From the NCBI GenBank assembly GCA_041688145.1, contig JBDNIV010000025.1, positions 4,047 through 68,046 of the forward strand: a stretch of DNA of 64,000 nucleotides, read 5' to 3'. The translations under genes were made by a program, and so were the position numbers. The notes below the pieces were generated by a model that saw only the letters and a program-made list of their open reading frames with translations, was not told where the DNA came from and made no database searches. Shown here in pieces: positions 9,781 to 19,284 of the stretch (positions are counted from its first letter, which is position 1; each line of letters opens with the position of its first letter). This stretch comes from Chlamydiia bacterium (GTDB lineage: Bacteria; Chlamydiota; Chlamydiia; Chlamydiales; JAAKFQ01).

Positions 9781-9810
9781 TTTACAAGTACTTAAGCTCC
9801 GAGCTATACT
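9781..9810 (+). promoter_or_regulatory. sigma-70-type promoter candidate upstream of the gsp cluster
   Basis: TTTACA (9781-9786), 18-nt spacer, TATACT (9805-9810), about 30 nt upstream of the 9840 start. Confidence 0.4.
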
Positions 9811-9839
9811 TAGCCGTTAGCATTTTGTGTCTGGGGTAG

Positions 9840-11012
9840 ATGCATTTGTTACAAGGTAGTGAAATGTATATTCGACGTGGGCGATTCGCTTGGCTCTATA
9901 TAGCCGCGGTATGTGTATGTGTAGGCGCATTAGGGTGCGCTGTTTGGCTTTCAGTTTCGCATCTTGAAACAGAGCTTCCTACGAGTCCAGATCTTTTTAT
10001 CGATTCCATGCATGCATCTAAAAAAAAAAGCTTATCTGAAGCACTTACATTAAAAACGTATCCTCTTACAGATGATGCTACACATTTAAATCTTTCTATT
10101 TTCGCAAGTAAAATGCTAGCACGTCCTGATTGTTTGAAAGCGCCGAAGGCCGTGCGTCTGTATACAGAATATCCTAATGAGGAGCATAACGCTCGTTTAG
10201 GAGAGCGTCTTTACCTGAAGCGTAAGGCGGGTCGCTTTTGCTTTGCAGATCCTGGAGAAAAAACCTCTATTTGGGTGATTCCTGAAACTAAAAAAAACGC
10301 AGCTCTGCTTTTTGCTGAAATGGATGTAGATGGGAAGCTGCAAACATTAGGCCAGTTTCAAGTGCCGCTTATTGAAGGAGGAGCGTGGCCTAAGGAAGGG
10401 ATTAGCATAGAAGGGATTTGTATAGATGAGCATATGTTTAAGCGTTTAGGCGTGAAATGGCCTGGGGTTGATCTCTTGCAAAGCCCTGACTGTTATCGAC
10501 TTTTTTTTAAAGCGCATTCATTGACTATTTCTAATAGAGATTGGATGGTTATTAAAGACGGCAAGTGGCAAGTAGCTAATCTGAAGGATAGCACAGCTGC
10601 TAAGCCTCTTATGCGCCTTCATGCTGCTGAAAAAAATCAGCTTATATTTGAAGTAATTGATAGCGATGGGCAGCTGCATATTCTGTTGCCTTTGAGTAAG
10701 ACAGACGACAGCATAGAAGATCATGTAATAGATGACTTTGGGCCGGTTGCTTTTCGCACGCTTGAGAAAATATCAGTGAAGGTAAAAGATGTTTGGCAGT
10801 TTTTCAGCTTAGGAGATGCTCTTGTATATAGAGAGGGTGGGTGGGAAAAAGTCGATCTTAAAAACCCTCCTTTAGGCCCCTTACTTGTCCTTAGCCGAAT
10901 TGAAGCAATGCCTCTAAATCCCCATTTAGTAGTTACGCTCTACAGTGCTATGCACAGTAAAAGCCGTACTATAAAATTTCCTATTGAACGCTTAAAGAGA
11001 AAAGCCCTATGA
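9840..11012 (+). CDS. hypothetical N-terminally anchored protein, first gene of the gsp cluster (positional GspC-like candidate)
   Basis: A single N-terminal hydrophobic segment FAWLYIAAVCVCVGALGCAVWL. The stop overlaps the gspD start (ATGA at 11009-11012). No recognisable domain. Confidence 0.6.
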   Translation: MHLLQGSEMYIRRGRFAWLYIAAVCVCVGALGCAVWLSVSHLETELPTSPDLFIDSMHASKKKSLSEALTLKTYPLTDDATHLNLSIFASKMLARPDCLKAPKAVRLYTEYPNEEHNARLGERLYLKRKAGRFCFADPGEKTSIWVIPETKKNAALLFAEMDVDGKLQTLGQFQVPLIEGGAWPKEGISIEGICIDEHMFKRLGVKWPGVDLLQSPDCYRLFFKAHSLTISNRDWMVIKDGKWQVANLKDSTAAKPLMRLHAAEKNQLIFEVIDSDGQLHILLPLSKTDDSIEDHVIDDFGPVAFRTLEKISVKVKDVWQFFSLGDALVYREGGWEKVDLKNPPLGPLLVLSRIEAMPLNPHLVVTLYSAMHSKSRTIKFPIERLKRKAL

Positions 11013-13258
11013 AAACATTTGGTATTGTCCTTAGTTGTTTCTTAAGTCTGGCTTTTAGTGAACCCCAAGGTGCAGGGCCGGCGGGCTTTATTTCAGAAGC
11101 AGAGCTTTTAGCCAAAGAGATGGAACACTTTAATAGGGCGCTTGCTAAGGAAAAAGATGACTTATCTACTTTGTATTATGAAGCGCAAAAAGCACCTGCT
11201 GATCAAGCGCAAGCGTTTCTTGAAAAAATTCAGTTAAAGCGAGAAGCACTTAAGCAATTAGAAATAGATGTTCTACAAAAATCATCAAAGGTTTTAGGTG
11301 ATAAAGACAGCTATGCATTTTGGAATGGAGGAGAGGTTTCACTAAGTGATTTGATTATTCACTTTGGAGCTCTTGATGCTATTTACTTAATGCCTCCAGA
11401 CGTGGCTTCTCTAAAAATTACCCTAAGAGGGCAATTGCCGGTGCCAGCAGCTTTGTGGTCTCATATGCTTGCGTGTATTTTAGAGGAAAATGGCATAGCT
11501 ATTCATGCACTTACGCCTTGCTTAAAGCAGCTTGTAAGAGTTAAGGCTGATGTAAGAGGCCTTAGTACTTTTGTGGATAAAATTTCAGATTTAGAACTTC
11601 TTAGTCCAGATACAAGAGCCTGTTTTGTTGTGCGTTTCGTAGGGGCAGAATCTAAGAAACTTCGTTTTTTAGAGTCTGCAGGTGCAAGTCACCAAATCAC
11701 GGTACAAACTTTTGAGCGAGAAGTTTTTCTTCTGGGGCCTGCTCACAAGTTAATTGATTTTGCCAAGCTCTCAGAATTTGTATTAGTGAATGAAGCCTCT
11801 TCATCTATTAAAACAATAGCTGTACATAAGCTGAGTGCCAAAGAGGCTAAAGCTCTTATTGAAGGGGCGTTGGGTCAGCGCCCTTCTCGATTTGCGCCTC
11901 CAGGGCAAAAAGAGCTTTTTAATCTTAGAGTTTTTTCTCCTAGTGAGTCGGGGCATATGCTTGTGCTCTGCGGAGAAGAAGATAAAATTGAGGAGGCTAT
12001 TCATCTTTTAGATGAGATTGAAAAAGGAATTCAGGATCCCGCAGAAAAAACAGTGTTTTGGTACACGTGTAAAAATTCATCTGCTGAAGATATAGCAGCA
12101 ACACTGACTAAGATCTATCCACAGCTGCTTGCAACTCAGAAAAAAGCAGCTGCTCATATCAATATAACGTCTATGCAGTCTTCTTTTTCCAACAAGGATC
12201 AAGGTATTAAGAGATCTACGGAAAAATCTACAGAAGACAAACATTCAGAAGATTTTATTGTCGATGTCAAGACAGGTTCTATCATTATGGTGGTGGAAAG
12301 AAGAGCACTTGATGAGCTAAAAGCGCTTTTAAAAAAGCTAGATGTACCTAAGAAGATGGTTCAAATTGAAGTGCTTCTGTTTGAAAAAACAACGCATAAC
12401 AATAATCAATTTGGACTTAAAAACTTAGCGATGGGCTCGTTTGCATCTCAGAAAAATTCTGGCGGGCTTGATTTTATGGGGGGCTCTGATCAGAAAGCAG
12501 GTGGAGGTATTTTAGACTTCTTTTTAAGCCGTTTTCGAAAAGGGGCTATTCCAGCCTATGATCTAGCGTACCGATTTATGCTTTCTAATCGCGATATTCA
12601 ACTTAATGCATGTCCATCTATAACCACTATTAATGCTGTGCCTGCTGTGATTGCAATTACGAATGAAATTTCTGTAGATAATGGCATCACGTATATTGAT
12701 GGCAAAGATAGAGCAGTGCCTAAGCAGAGCTTTTCTAGAGAACATTATGGTATTACGATTACAGTCACACCTACAATTAATGAAGGAGCCTGTGCAAGCG
12801 ATCCTGGAAGTATTACGTTAGAGACGAATATTAATTTTGAGTCTATCAATCGCAATCTTCATAACCGCCCTGATGTCACTAAGCGTCATATTGAAAACCA
12901 AGTGCGTATTCAAGATGGCAAAACACTTATTATTGGAGGTCTGAGGCAAAAAGATGCCTCAGGAAGCGCGCAGAAGATCCCATTTTTAGGCCAGCTTCCT
13001 GGCATTGGTAAGTTTTTTTCTTATACAGCAATGGATGACATGAAAACAGAGATGTTTATTTTCATCACACCGCACATACTTGAAGATACGAAAGAGAGCT
13101 TTGAGAAAATGCAAAAATCTGAGCTGCAAAGAAGACCAGGTGATGTGCCTGCATTTATTCAAGCCCGGCAAAGAAGTGAAGAGCTGCATAAGTTAAAGCT
13201 TTTTGACGAGAGCCTAAAAATGGTCTTTAAACCCTCAGAAGCGATTGTTCAAGAGTAA
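11009..13258 (+). CDS. gspD: type II secretion system secretin GspD
   Basis: Signal peptide, and a C-terminal secretin signature: LIIGGLRQKD....QKIPFLGQLPGIGKFF......TEMFIFITPHIL. Confidence 0.9.
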   Translation: MKTFGIVLSCFLSLAFSEPQGAGPAGFISEAELLAKEMEHFNRALAKEKDDLSTLYYEAQKAPADQAQAFLEKIQLKREALKQLEIDVLQKSSKVLGDKDSYAFWNGGEVSLSDLIIHFGALDAIYLMPPDVASLKITLRGQLPVPAALWSHMLACILEENGIAIHALTPCLKQLVRVKADVRGLSTFVDKISDLELLSPDTRACFVVRFVGAESKKLRFLESAGASHQITVQTFEREVFLLGPAHKLIDFAKLSEFVLVNEASSSIKTIAVHKLSAKEAKALIEGALGQRPSRFAPPGQKELFNLRVFSPSESGHMLVLCGEEDKIEEAIHLLDEIEKGIQDPAEKTVFWYTCKNSSAEDIAATLTKIYPQLLATQKKAAAHINITSMQSSFSNKDQGIKRSTEKSTEDKHSEDFIVDVKTGSIIMVVERRALDELKALLKKLDVPKKMVQIEVLLFEKTTHNNNQFGLKNLAMGSFASQKNSGGLDFMGGSDQKAGGGILDFFLSRFRKGAIPAYDLAYRFMLSNRDIQLNACPSITTINAVPAVIAITNEISVDNGITYIDGKDRAVPKQSFSREHYGITITVTPTINEGACASDPGSITLETNINFESINRNLHNRPDVTKRHIENQVRIQDGKTLIIGGLRQKDASGSAQKIPFLGQLPGIGKFFSYTAMDDMKTEMFIFITPHILEDTKESFEKMQKSELQRRPGDVPAFIQARQRSEELHKLKLFDESLKMVFKPSEAIVQE

Positions 13259-13259
13259 T

Positions 13260-14903
13260 ATGTTAACACTCCCTCAAGTATTAAAAAGGTATTCAAAAAT
13301 CTCTAATGAAGAGCTTAAGCAATTAGAGGATTGGGAAGATAGAAATACTCAGGATGTGCGCGAATATATTGTTCAGCTTGGCTTGGTCAGTGAAGATGAT
13401 ATTGAACAGGTACTTGCTATGGAGATGGGCATAGATGTGCTTGAAAAGCTGCCTAAAATCATATCATTGCCTGCGGAGTGCTCAGATCTAAAATACTCTT
13501 TTGCAAAAAAATGGCGCACGATTCCCATAGAGCATAAAGGAAAAAAGGTGCGCGTTGCAATCAGTTCTATAGCAAGTCTAAATGCCTTAGATGAGCTCGC
13601 TTTTTTATTTAAAGCTTCTATTGAGCCGGTTTGGGTTAAGCGCGAGTTTATTGATGAGCTTTTGCAGCTTTTTTTTCAAAATGGCACAGGTCCACTTTTG
13701 CCTAAAGTCTCTCGAAAAACTGACAGCAAAGAAGAAAAAGATGTTCTAGAAGATAATGATGGGGGAGCGCTTGCGCAGCTTGTTAATTATATTTTAGCAG
13801 AGGCTGTCCAGAAAAAAGCATCAGATATTCACTTTGAGCCAGGAAAACGTGGTCTGCAGGTGCGCTTTCGTATTGATGGTGTTTTATCTGTTTGGCCTAT
13901 TGATACAGACGGTTATGAAGACCAGATTTTAACACGCATTAAAGTAATGGCTAATCTTGATATCGCTGAGCACAGGCTTCCTCAAGATGGTCGCATTCAT
14001 TTGCAAATTGCAGGACGCAGCGTGGACTTTCGAGTAAGTGTAGTGCCGATTGCAGAAGGTCAGCGCATTGCGTTGCGTATTTTAACAAGTAAGCAGCTGC
14101 AAAGCATTGATGAGCTTGGTATTCCAGAGGATATGAAGCGAGTCTTTTTAAAACATATTCAGAAATCAGAAGGGATTTTTTTAGTTACAGGTCCAACAGG
14201 TAGTGGTAAAACCACAACACTGTATGCAGGTATCTCTAACCTGAACAGCAGCATGGTTAACATTATGACGATTGAAGATCCTATTGAGTATCGTTTAGAG
14301 GGTATTAGTCAGATGGCAGTTCGCCCTGCTATAGGTCTTACTTTTGCTAAAGGACTTAGACATTTACTTAGGCAAGACCCTGACATCATGATGGTTGGGG
14401 AGATTCGTGATGCAGAAACGGCGAAGATTGCTATCCAGTCTGCTTTAACAGGGCACTTAGTACTTTCTACATTGCACACGAATGATGCGCCTTCGGCAAT
14501 TACTCGACTTGTAGATATGGGTATAGAAAACTACCTTCTTTCTTCATGTGTTATTGGCATACTTGCTCAGCGTTTAGTGCGTCTTATTTGCCCAAGCTGT
14601 AAGCAGGCTTATCAGCCTAGTCAGTCAGAGCTAGAAGATTTGGGTATTAAAGGCCAAGCCGCTTTATATCGAGGGGAAGGTTGTGATGAATGTAGCGGCT
14701 CAGGGTACTTGGGAAGGCGGGCTATTTTTGAGCTTTTAACTATTGATAGCGCTTTTAAAAGACAAATGGCTAAAAGCGCTGATGCAGAAGATTTGCGCGT
14801 TATAGCAAAAAAATCAGGCATGGCAACTTTGAGGCAGTCAGGGGCGCAGCTTGCTCTTGAAGGATTTACAACATCTTATGAGGTGATGCGCGTTACATCA
14901 TAA
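13260..14903 (+). CDS. gspE: type II secretion ATPase GspE
   Basis: Walker A GPTGSGKTTT, Asp box IMTIEDPIE, Walker B DIMMVGEIRD, His box TGHLVLSTLHTN, tetracysteine CPSC...CDEC. ATG at 13260 is preferred over the TTG at 13245. Confidence 0.95.
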   Translation: MLTLPQVLKRYSKISNEELKQLEDWEDRNTQDVREYIVQLGLVSEDDIEQVLAMEMGIDVLEKLPKIISLPAECSDLKYSFAKKWRTIPIEHKGKKVRVAISSIASLNALDELAFLFKASIEPVWVKREFIDELLQLFFQNGTGPLLPKVSRKTDSKEEKDVLEDNDGGALAQLVNYILAEAVQKKASDIHFEPGKRGLQVRFRIDGVLSVWPIDTDGYEDQILTRIKVMANLDIAEHRLPQDGRIHLQIAGRSVDFRVSVVPIAEGQRIALRILTSKQLQSIDELGIPEDMKRVFLKHIQKSEGIFLVTGPTGSGKTTTLYAGISNLNSSMVNIMTIEDPIEYRLEGISQMAVRPAIGLTFAKGLRHLLRQDPDIMMVGEIRDAETAKIAIQSALTGHLVLSTLHTNDAPSAITRLVDMGIENYLLSSCVIGILAQRLVRLICPSCKQAYQPSQSELEDLGIKGQAALYRGEGCDECSGSGYLGRRAIFELLTIDSAFKRQMAKSADAEDLRVIAKKSGMATLRQSGAQLALEGFTTSYEVMRVTS

Positions 14904-14920
14904 GGCTTAAGTTAAAGAAA

Positions 14921-16087
14921 ATGGGAAACTACACATATTCGTCACTCAATCTTTCTGGTAGAAAAGTGCAGGGCATTTTAGAAGCTGGGAGCCTTAATGA
15001 AGCGCGCACGCGTCTTTTAGAAAAAAAGCTATTCCCTTTAAAAATTAAGCCAGAAAAATCTCCTGGAAAAATATTTTTGAAGCCGAGCCTTCTTTTGGTT
15101 TGGACAGAAGGCTTAGGGCAACTTATTGAGGCGGGCATAGCTCTTCATGAGGCGTTAGAGCTTTTGAAAGAGCAGACTGAAAGCTCGGCGCGTCTTTTGA
15201 GCCAGACGCTTTTACAAAGCATTTCCTCAGGAAAAAGGCTCTCTGAGTCTTTAAAAGAACATCCTCAAGTATTTGATACGTTTTATGTGGCTATGATTGT
15301 AGCAGCAGAAGCGTCGGGGACTCTGCCGCAGGCCTTTAAAAATCTCTCGGTTCTTTTAAGAAAAAAAGAGCAGATAAAGCGCAAGATTATGGCAGCTCTT
15401 GGGTATCCTGCGTTTTTACTTATATTTTGCGCGATTGCTACAACTGTGCTTTTGACGGTTGTTGTGCCTGCTTTAGAAGATTTAATAGATGTAGCAAAAG
15501 CGCCTCTAATCACAAAGATTACATTTGCGATTTCTCAAGGTGTGCGTAGTTATGGAGCGCTTATAGCTACAGGAATAGCAGTTTTTATTTCTAGTGTGTT
15601 TGTATTAAGAAAACGACTCGTCCCTTTTTTTATGTCTATGCCATATCTTAGGTCTTTTCAGCAGCTAGCAGATCTAGAGCGTTTTAGCAGGCTCTCATCA
15701 TCGCTTATCATTTCAGGAGTAGGCCTTTTTGATACACTCGGTTTAGTTAAGCCTGCGTTGAAAAGCGCTAAGCTTATAGAGGTCATAACCCATCTGGAAG
15801 AGAATCTAGTACAAGGTAAACTTATCTCGTATAGCCTTGAAAAAGAGAGCCGTAAAACAGTGCCTGCATTTTTTGTGCATATGGTAGCTGTAGGAGAAAA
15901 AAGTGCTGATCTCGGAGCTTCTTTTTCTCGGATTGCAGACCATTATGAGGAAAAACTTTCTACAAGGCTGAGCAAGTTTATATCAATTCTACAGCCAGCG
16001 CTTTTGCTTTTTTTAGCAGTTATTATTGGGGTAGTTATGCTTTCAATACTTATGCCAATGACAGACGTTAGCTTGATTGATTCTTAA
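14921..16087 (+). CDS. gspF: type II secretion inner-membrane platform protein GspF
   Basis: Two repeated GspF cytoplasmic domains and three hydrophobic segments. Position directly after gspE. Ends LLFLAVIIGVVMLSILMPM. Confidence 0.9.
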   Translation: MGNYTYSSLNLSGRKVQGILEAGSLNEARTRLLEKKLFPLKIKPEKSPGKIFLKPSLLLVWTEGLGQLIEAGIALHEALELLKEQTESSARLLSQTLLQSISSGKRLSESLKEHPQVFDTFYVAMIVAAEASGTLPQAFKNLSVLLRKKEQIKRKIMAALGYPAFLLIFCAIATTVLLTVVVPALEDLIDVAKAPLITKITFAISQGVRSYGALIATGIAVFISSVFVLRKRLVPFFMSMPYLRSFQQLADLERFSRLSSSLIISGVGLFDTLGLVKPALKSAKLIEVITHLEENLVQGKLISYSLEKESRKTVPAFFVHMVAVGEKSADLGASFSRIADHYEEKLSTRLSKFISILQPALLLFLAVIIGVVMLSILMPMTDVSLIDS

Positions 16088-16231
16088 GGTTTAATTTTTT
16101 TTAAAAAGAATCAGTGTCCCAAAACCTACAGAAGCTACAGCGCGCACAGCCTTTGGAAATACTCGCATAAAAAGGTAGGCAGTAACTAGCCCTATAACGA
16201 GGAAAATAAGGGCGTTTGTCCCCTCTTTTTT

Positions 16232-16780
16232 TCACGTCCATTTATTTATGGGAGAAAGTATAAGGCCTTCGCCTGTAAAGCGATGGTGGTGAGAAGAGGA
16301 ATCAGGAGTGATCTTCCCCTCAGCAAGATGTGTAATCAATTGGATCAGGTGTTGTTTATCTAGGCTTTTTTCTGTGAGGTTTTCTGGCAGGTTTATATTA
16401 GGACAAAAGATTCTTATATAAGAGCCTTGAGAACCTTTTGCAGGTACAGGAGAAAATTTTCCAGAAGAGCCTAGGGAAATTTCATAAACTTTGCAGTTAT
16501 TAGATTGGGCCTCTTTTCTTACCTCATAGGATGCACGGGCGCCAATGTAAAAAATGCACGAGGCTATTTTAGCTATTTTCATAGTAGCTTCGACGGTTGT
16601 ATGGTCATCTTCTGGTAATACAATAAAATTCAGGCAATTATTTCCTAATTGACCGGGACTTGAGGGATTAAATGATGTAAGCGCGATCACTTGCCTAGTT
16701 GTTTTTTCAGCAGGAAATAGATCGATGCTACTTGTGATATACATTGACTGCTTAACTGTACTAGATGCTCGCGCTGCCAT
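16232..16780 (-). CDS. hypothetical protein on the opposite strand between gspF and gspG
   Basis: 182-codon ORF in an otherwise roughly 750-bp gap. AGGA lies 7 nt upstream of the ATG. No family recognised. An in-frame open extension follows its TGA (see findings). Confidence 0.5.
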   Translation of the reverse strand: MAARASSTVKQSMYITSSIDLFPAEKTTRQVIALTSFNPSSPGQLGNNCLNFIVLPEDDHTTVEATMKIAKIASCIFYIGARASYEVRKEAQSNNCKVYEISLGSSGKFSPVPAKGSQGSYIRIFCPNINLPENLTEKSLDKQHLIQLITHLAEGKITPDSSSHHHRFTGEGLILSPINKWT

Positions 16781-16842
16781 AAAAAATCCTATTCATTGAA
16801 GTGGTCTTTTCTAATAAAACATTATCCGGTAAACTATCCTTT

Positions 16843-17259
16843 ATGAAAAGAAGAAAGCTGGGTTTTAGAAGGCGAGCGATGACGCTCATGGAGCTAATGG
16901 TGGTTATTGTAATCATTGGCTTAGTGAGTAGTGTTGTTGCGTACAACGTCCGAGGTTCTTTAGAGAAAGGGCGAGATTTTAAGACGCGTCAAGCAATGAA
17001 CATGCTTGAAGAAGTGATAGCTTTAGAAGTGCCTTCAAATGAGATAGCTCATTTTCTAGAGTCTCCTGAAAAAGTGCTTAGAGATACAGGGCTTGTGAAA
17101 AACCCTAAAAAACTTCTCGAAGACGGCTGGGGAACACCTTTTAAAATGGCACTCAGTCGAGATGGCAAAGAGCTTGTGATTCGCTCAGTGCACTTAAAAA
17201 AACAAAGCGATGCGGTAAAAGTGCCCCTATTGTCTGGTAGCGGATACCATGAAAGCTAA
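16843..17259 (+). CDS. gspG: type II secretion major pseudopilin GspG-like
   Basis: Class III signal MKRRKLGFRRRA|MTLMELMVVIVIIGLV with Glu at +5. DGWGTPF resembles the GspG DPWG.PY motif. Start placed at ATG 16843; the track GTG is at 16801. Confidence 0.75.
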   Translation: MKRRKLGFRRRAMTLMELMVVIVIIGLVSSVVAYNVRGSLEKGRDFKTRQAMNMLEEVIALEVPSNEIAHFLESPEKVLRDTGLVKNPKKLLEDGWGTPFKMALSRDGKELVIRSVHLKKQSDAVKVPLLSGSGYHES

Positions 17260-17692
17260 AAAACGCGCTTTTTCTCTTGTTGAAGTTATCGTTTCACTCA
17301 TGCTGATTGCTATTGCGGCAGCGGTGCTCATTACGCCTAATAAAAATGCTCTTAGTAGAAAACAGTTTTCGACATCTATGTTACAGCTTGCGCATAGCAC
17401 TTGCCTTGCGAAGCAGCTCGCATTTAATTACGACACAACAGTTACGCTCCATTTTGATATGGAAAAAGATGTCTTAATATGTCGCTTTGAGTGTGATGAC
17501 AGATTGAAGGAGTCTTTTAGACCCTTACTTAAAGAGATGAGAATTAAGGGAGTAAGCGCGCTATACCAAAGCGACGAGAGTGCAGACCATCTGACATTGC
17601 ATTATGTTTCCAAATCAGGGTTGCAGGAAAGTGGCTTTATCAAGATTGGGACAAAATTCTTTAAAAAGCCAATTGTACTAGGAGTTGACTAG
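17249..17692 (+). CDS. minor pseudopilin (GspH-like) with prepilin-type N-terminus
   Basis: MKAKKRA|FSLVEVIVSLMLIAIAAAVL with Glu at +5. Overlaps the gspG end by 11 nt. Confidence 0.65.
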   Translation: MKAKKRAFSLVEVIVSLMLIAIAAAVLITPNKNALSRKQFSTSMLQLAHSTCLAKQLAFNYDTTVTLHFDMEKDVLICRFECDDRLKESFRPLLKEMRIKGVSALYQSDESADHLTLHYVSKSGLQESGFIKIGTKFFKKPIVLGVD

Positions 17693-17697
17693 TAGGC

Positions 17698-19119
17698 TTA
17701 GAAGTCATTTTCTTCAAAAGGATCTTCAGGCGTATAATTGGCGAATTGTCCAATCTCTTTTCTAAAAGCTACATGCACATCGCCTGTTTTACCATGACGG
17801 TTTTTACCTACAATAATCTCAGCTAAGCCAGGCTTATCTTGAGGGTCATAATATTCACGACGTAGCAAGAACATAACAACGTCAGCATCTTGTTCAATAG
17901 AGCCAGATTCGCGTAGATCACTCATAACAGGCCTGTGGCCTGTTCTTTCTTCTACTTTGCGTGATAGCTGAGAGGGGCATAAGATAGGAATGTTAAGTTC
18001 GCGAGCAAGTGTTTTAAGCAGGCGAGAAATTTCAGAAATTTCACTTTGGCGACTTTCCATAGAACGAGCTTGACCAGAGCCAGAAATAAGCTGAAGGTAA
18101 TCAATAACTAAAAGATCAATATCGTAAGCTTCTTTCATGCGTCTAGCCCGGGCGCGCAGATCTGTGATTTTGAGGCCAGGGGTATCATCTATAACAAAAG
18201 AGGTGTTTAGCTTTTGGATCTCTTCGCAGACGCCTACGACTCTTTGGTATTCGTTACCATTTAAAGAGCCTCGAGATATTTTTTCTCCCTCGACATTAGA
18301 TAAAGAGGCGATCATACGGCCAAGTACTTGTTCTGAGCTCATCTCAAGTGAGAAAAAACCAACAGATTTGCCATTTTTAAACCATGCATTTTCAGCTACG
18401 TTTATAGCAAAGGCCGTTTTACCCATAGCGGGCCTGCCGGCGACAATGACTAGGTTAGAAGATCCAAGACCATTTATCATTCGATCAAGATCGGCAAGAG
18501 AAGTAGAAAGGCCAGTAATTCCATGAAGGTTATCTTCGCCACGCTCAGCAAAAAGCTCTTGCCGCTTTTCCACTTCTTTTAGAAAAGGGAGCTGCGTTTC
18601 AGATTTCACACCAGAGATAAGCTCACTAACGAGTGTGCCTACAGGGCCACCTACACGCTGTCCAATAACAAAAAATTCACGTTGAGCATCATCGAGTAGC
18701 CCATGGACATCTTTAGGATTTTGAATCGCTTTTTTTTCTACAATTTGGGCAGCATCAATCATGCGGCGCAAAATTGCTTTGTCTTTGACGATGTCGGCGT
18801 ATTCTTCTGTAAAAGCAGACGTTCCTGCATACTGCACAAGCTCTGCTAGGTAAGAGACGCCCCCTGACGCTTGCAGTTTACCCATGCTTTTAAGTTCTTC
18901 AGATAGGAGGTGAACATCAGCGGGTTTATCTGCTTTGTAAAGTGTTTTCAAAGCGCTAAAGATAAAGCGGTGTTCTGTAAAATAAAAATCGCTATCGTCT
19001 AAGCGATCGCAGGCAGTATTGAGACTATCTGAGCTACTAAGCATACAGCCGAGTACCATCATCTCAGATTCTTTCGAATGGGGAGCGGTTGGAGGAGTTT
19101 TGAGTTCACTTGCTGACAT
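17698..19119 (-). CDS. dnaB: replicative DNA helicase DnaB
   Basis: PHSKESEMMVLGCML start, Walker A GRPAMGKTAF, LLVIDYLQL, SQLSR.VE.R, SDLRESGSIEQDAD. Confidence 0.95.
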   Translation of the reverse strand: MSASELKTPPTAPHSKESEMMVLGCMLSSSDSLNTACDRLDDSDFYFTEHRFIFSALKTLYKADKPADVHLLSEELKSMGKLQASGGVSYLAELVQYAGTSAFTEEYADIVKDKAILRRMIDAAQIVEKKAIQNPKDVHGLLDDAQREFFVIGQRVGGPVGTLVSELISGVKSETQLPFLKEVEKRQELFAERGEDNLHGITGLSTSLADLDRMINGLGSSNLVIVAGRPAMGKTAFAINVAENAWFKNGKSVGFFSLEMSSEQVLGRMIASLSNVEGEKISRGSLNGNEYQRVVGVCEEIQKLNTSFVIDDTPGLKITDLRARARRMKEAYDIDLLVIDYLQLISGSGQARSMESRQSEISEISRLLKTLARELNIPILCPSQLSRKVEERTGHRPVMSDLRESGSIEQDADVVMFLLRREYYDPQDKPGLAEIIVGKNRHGKTGDVHVAFRKEIGQFANYTPEDPFEENDF

Positions 19120-19284
19120 AAGGGCTTAGAAACCTCGGGAAATAGAGTCGTTTTTGCTGCATCTATCTATATAAACGAGAGAGATACTTAAAGTCTCGGG
19201 GTATTTAGAATTTTACAAATGGATACAAGAAGGTTTTTTGCCAAAAGCATAGATCTTTAATGTGCCCAACTATTTGGCTAAAAA

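Noticed and set aside
16232-16234. Possibility that TGA is reassigned (Trp, Gly or Sec) in this genome
   Set aside because: TGA terminates well-conserved genes at their expected ends in this window (the ORF upstream of gspD, and gltX). I see no SECIS-like evidence I can assess.
18137-18526. 129-codon plus-strand ORF
   Set aside because: Antisense within dnaB, which is unambiguous. This is the typical shadow ORF of a well-conserved gene.
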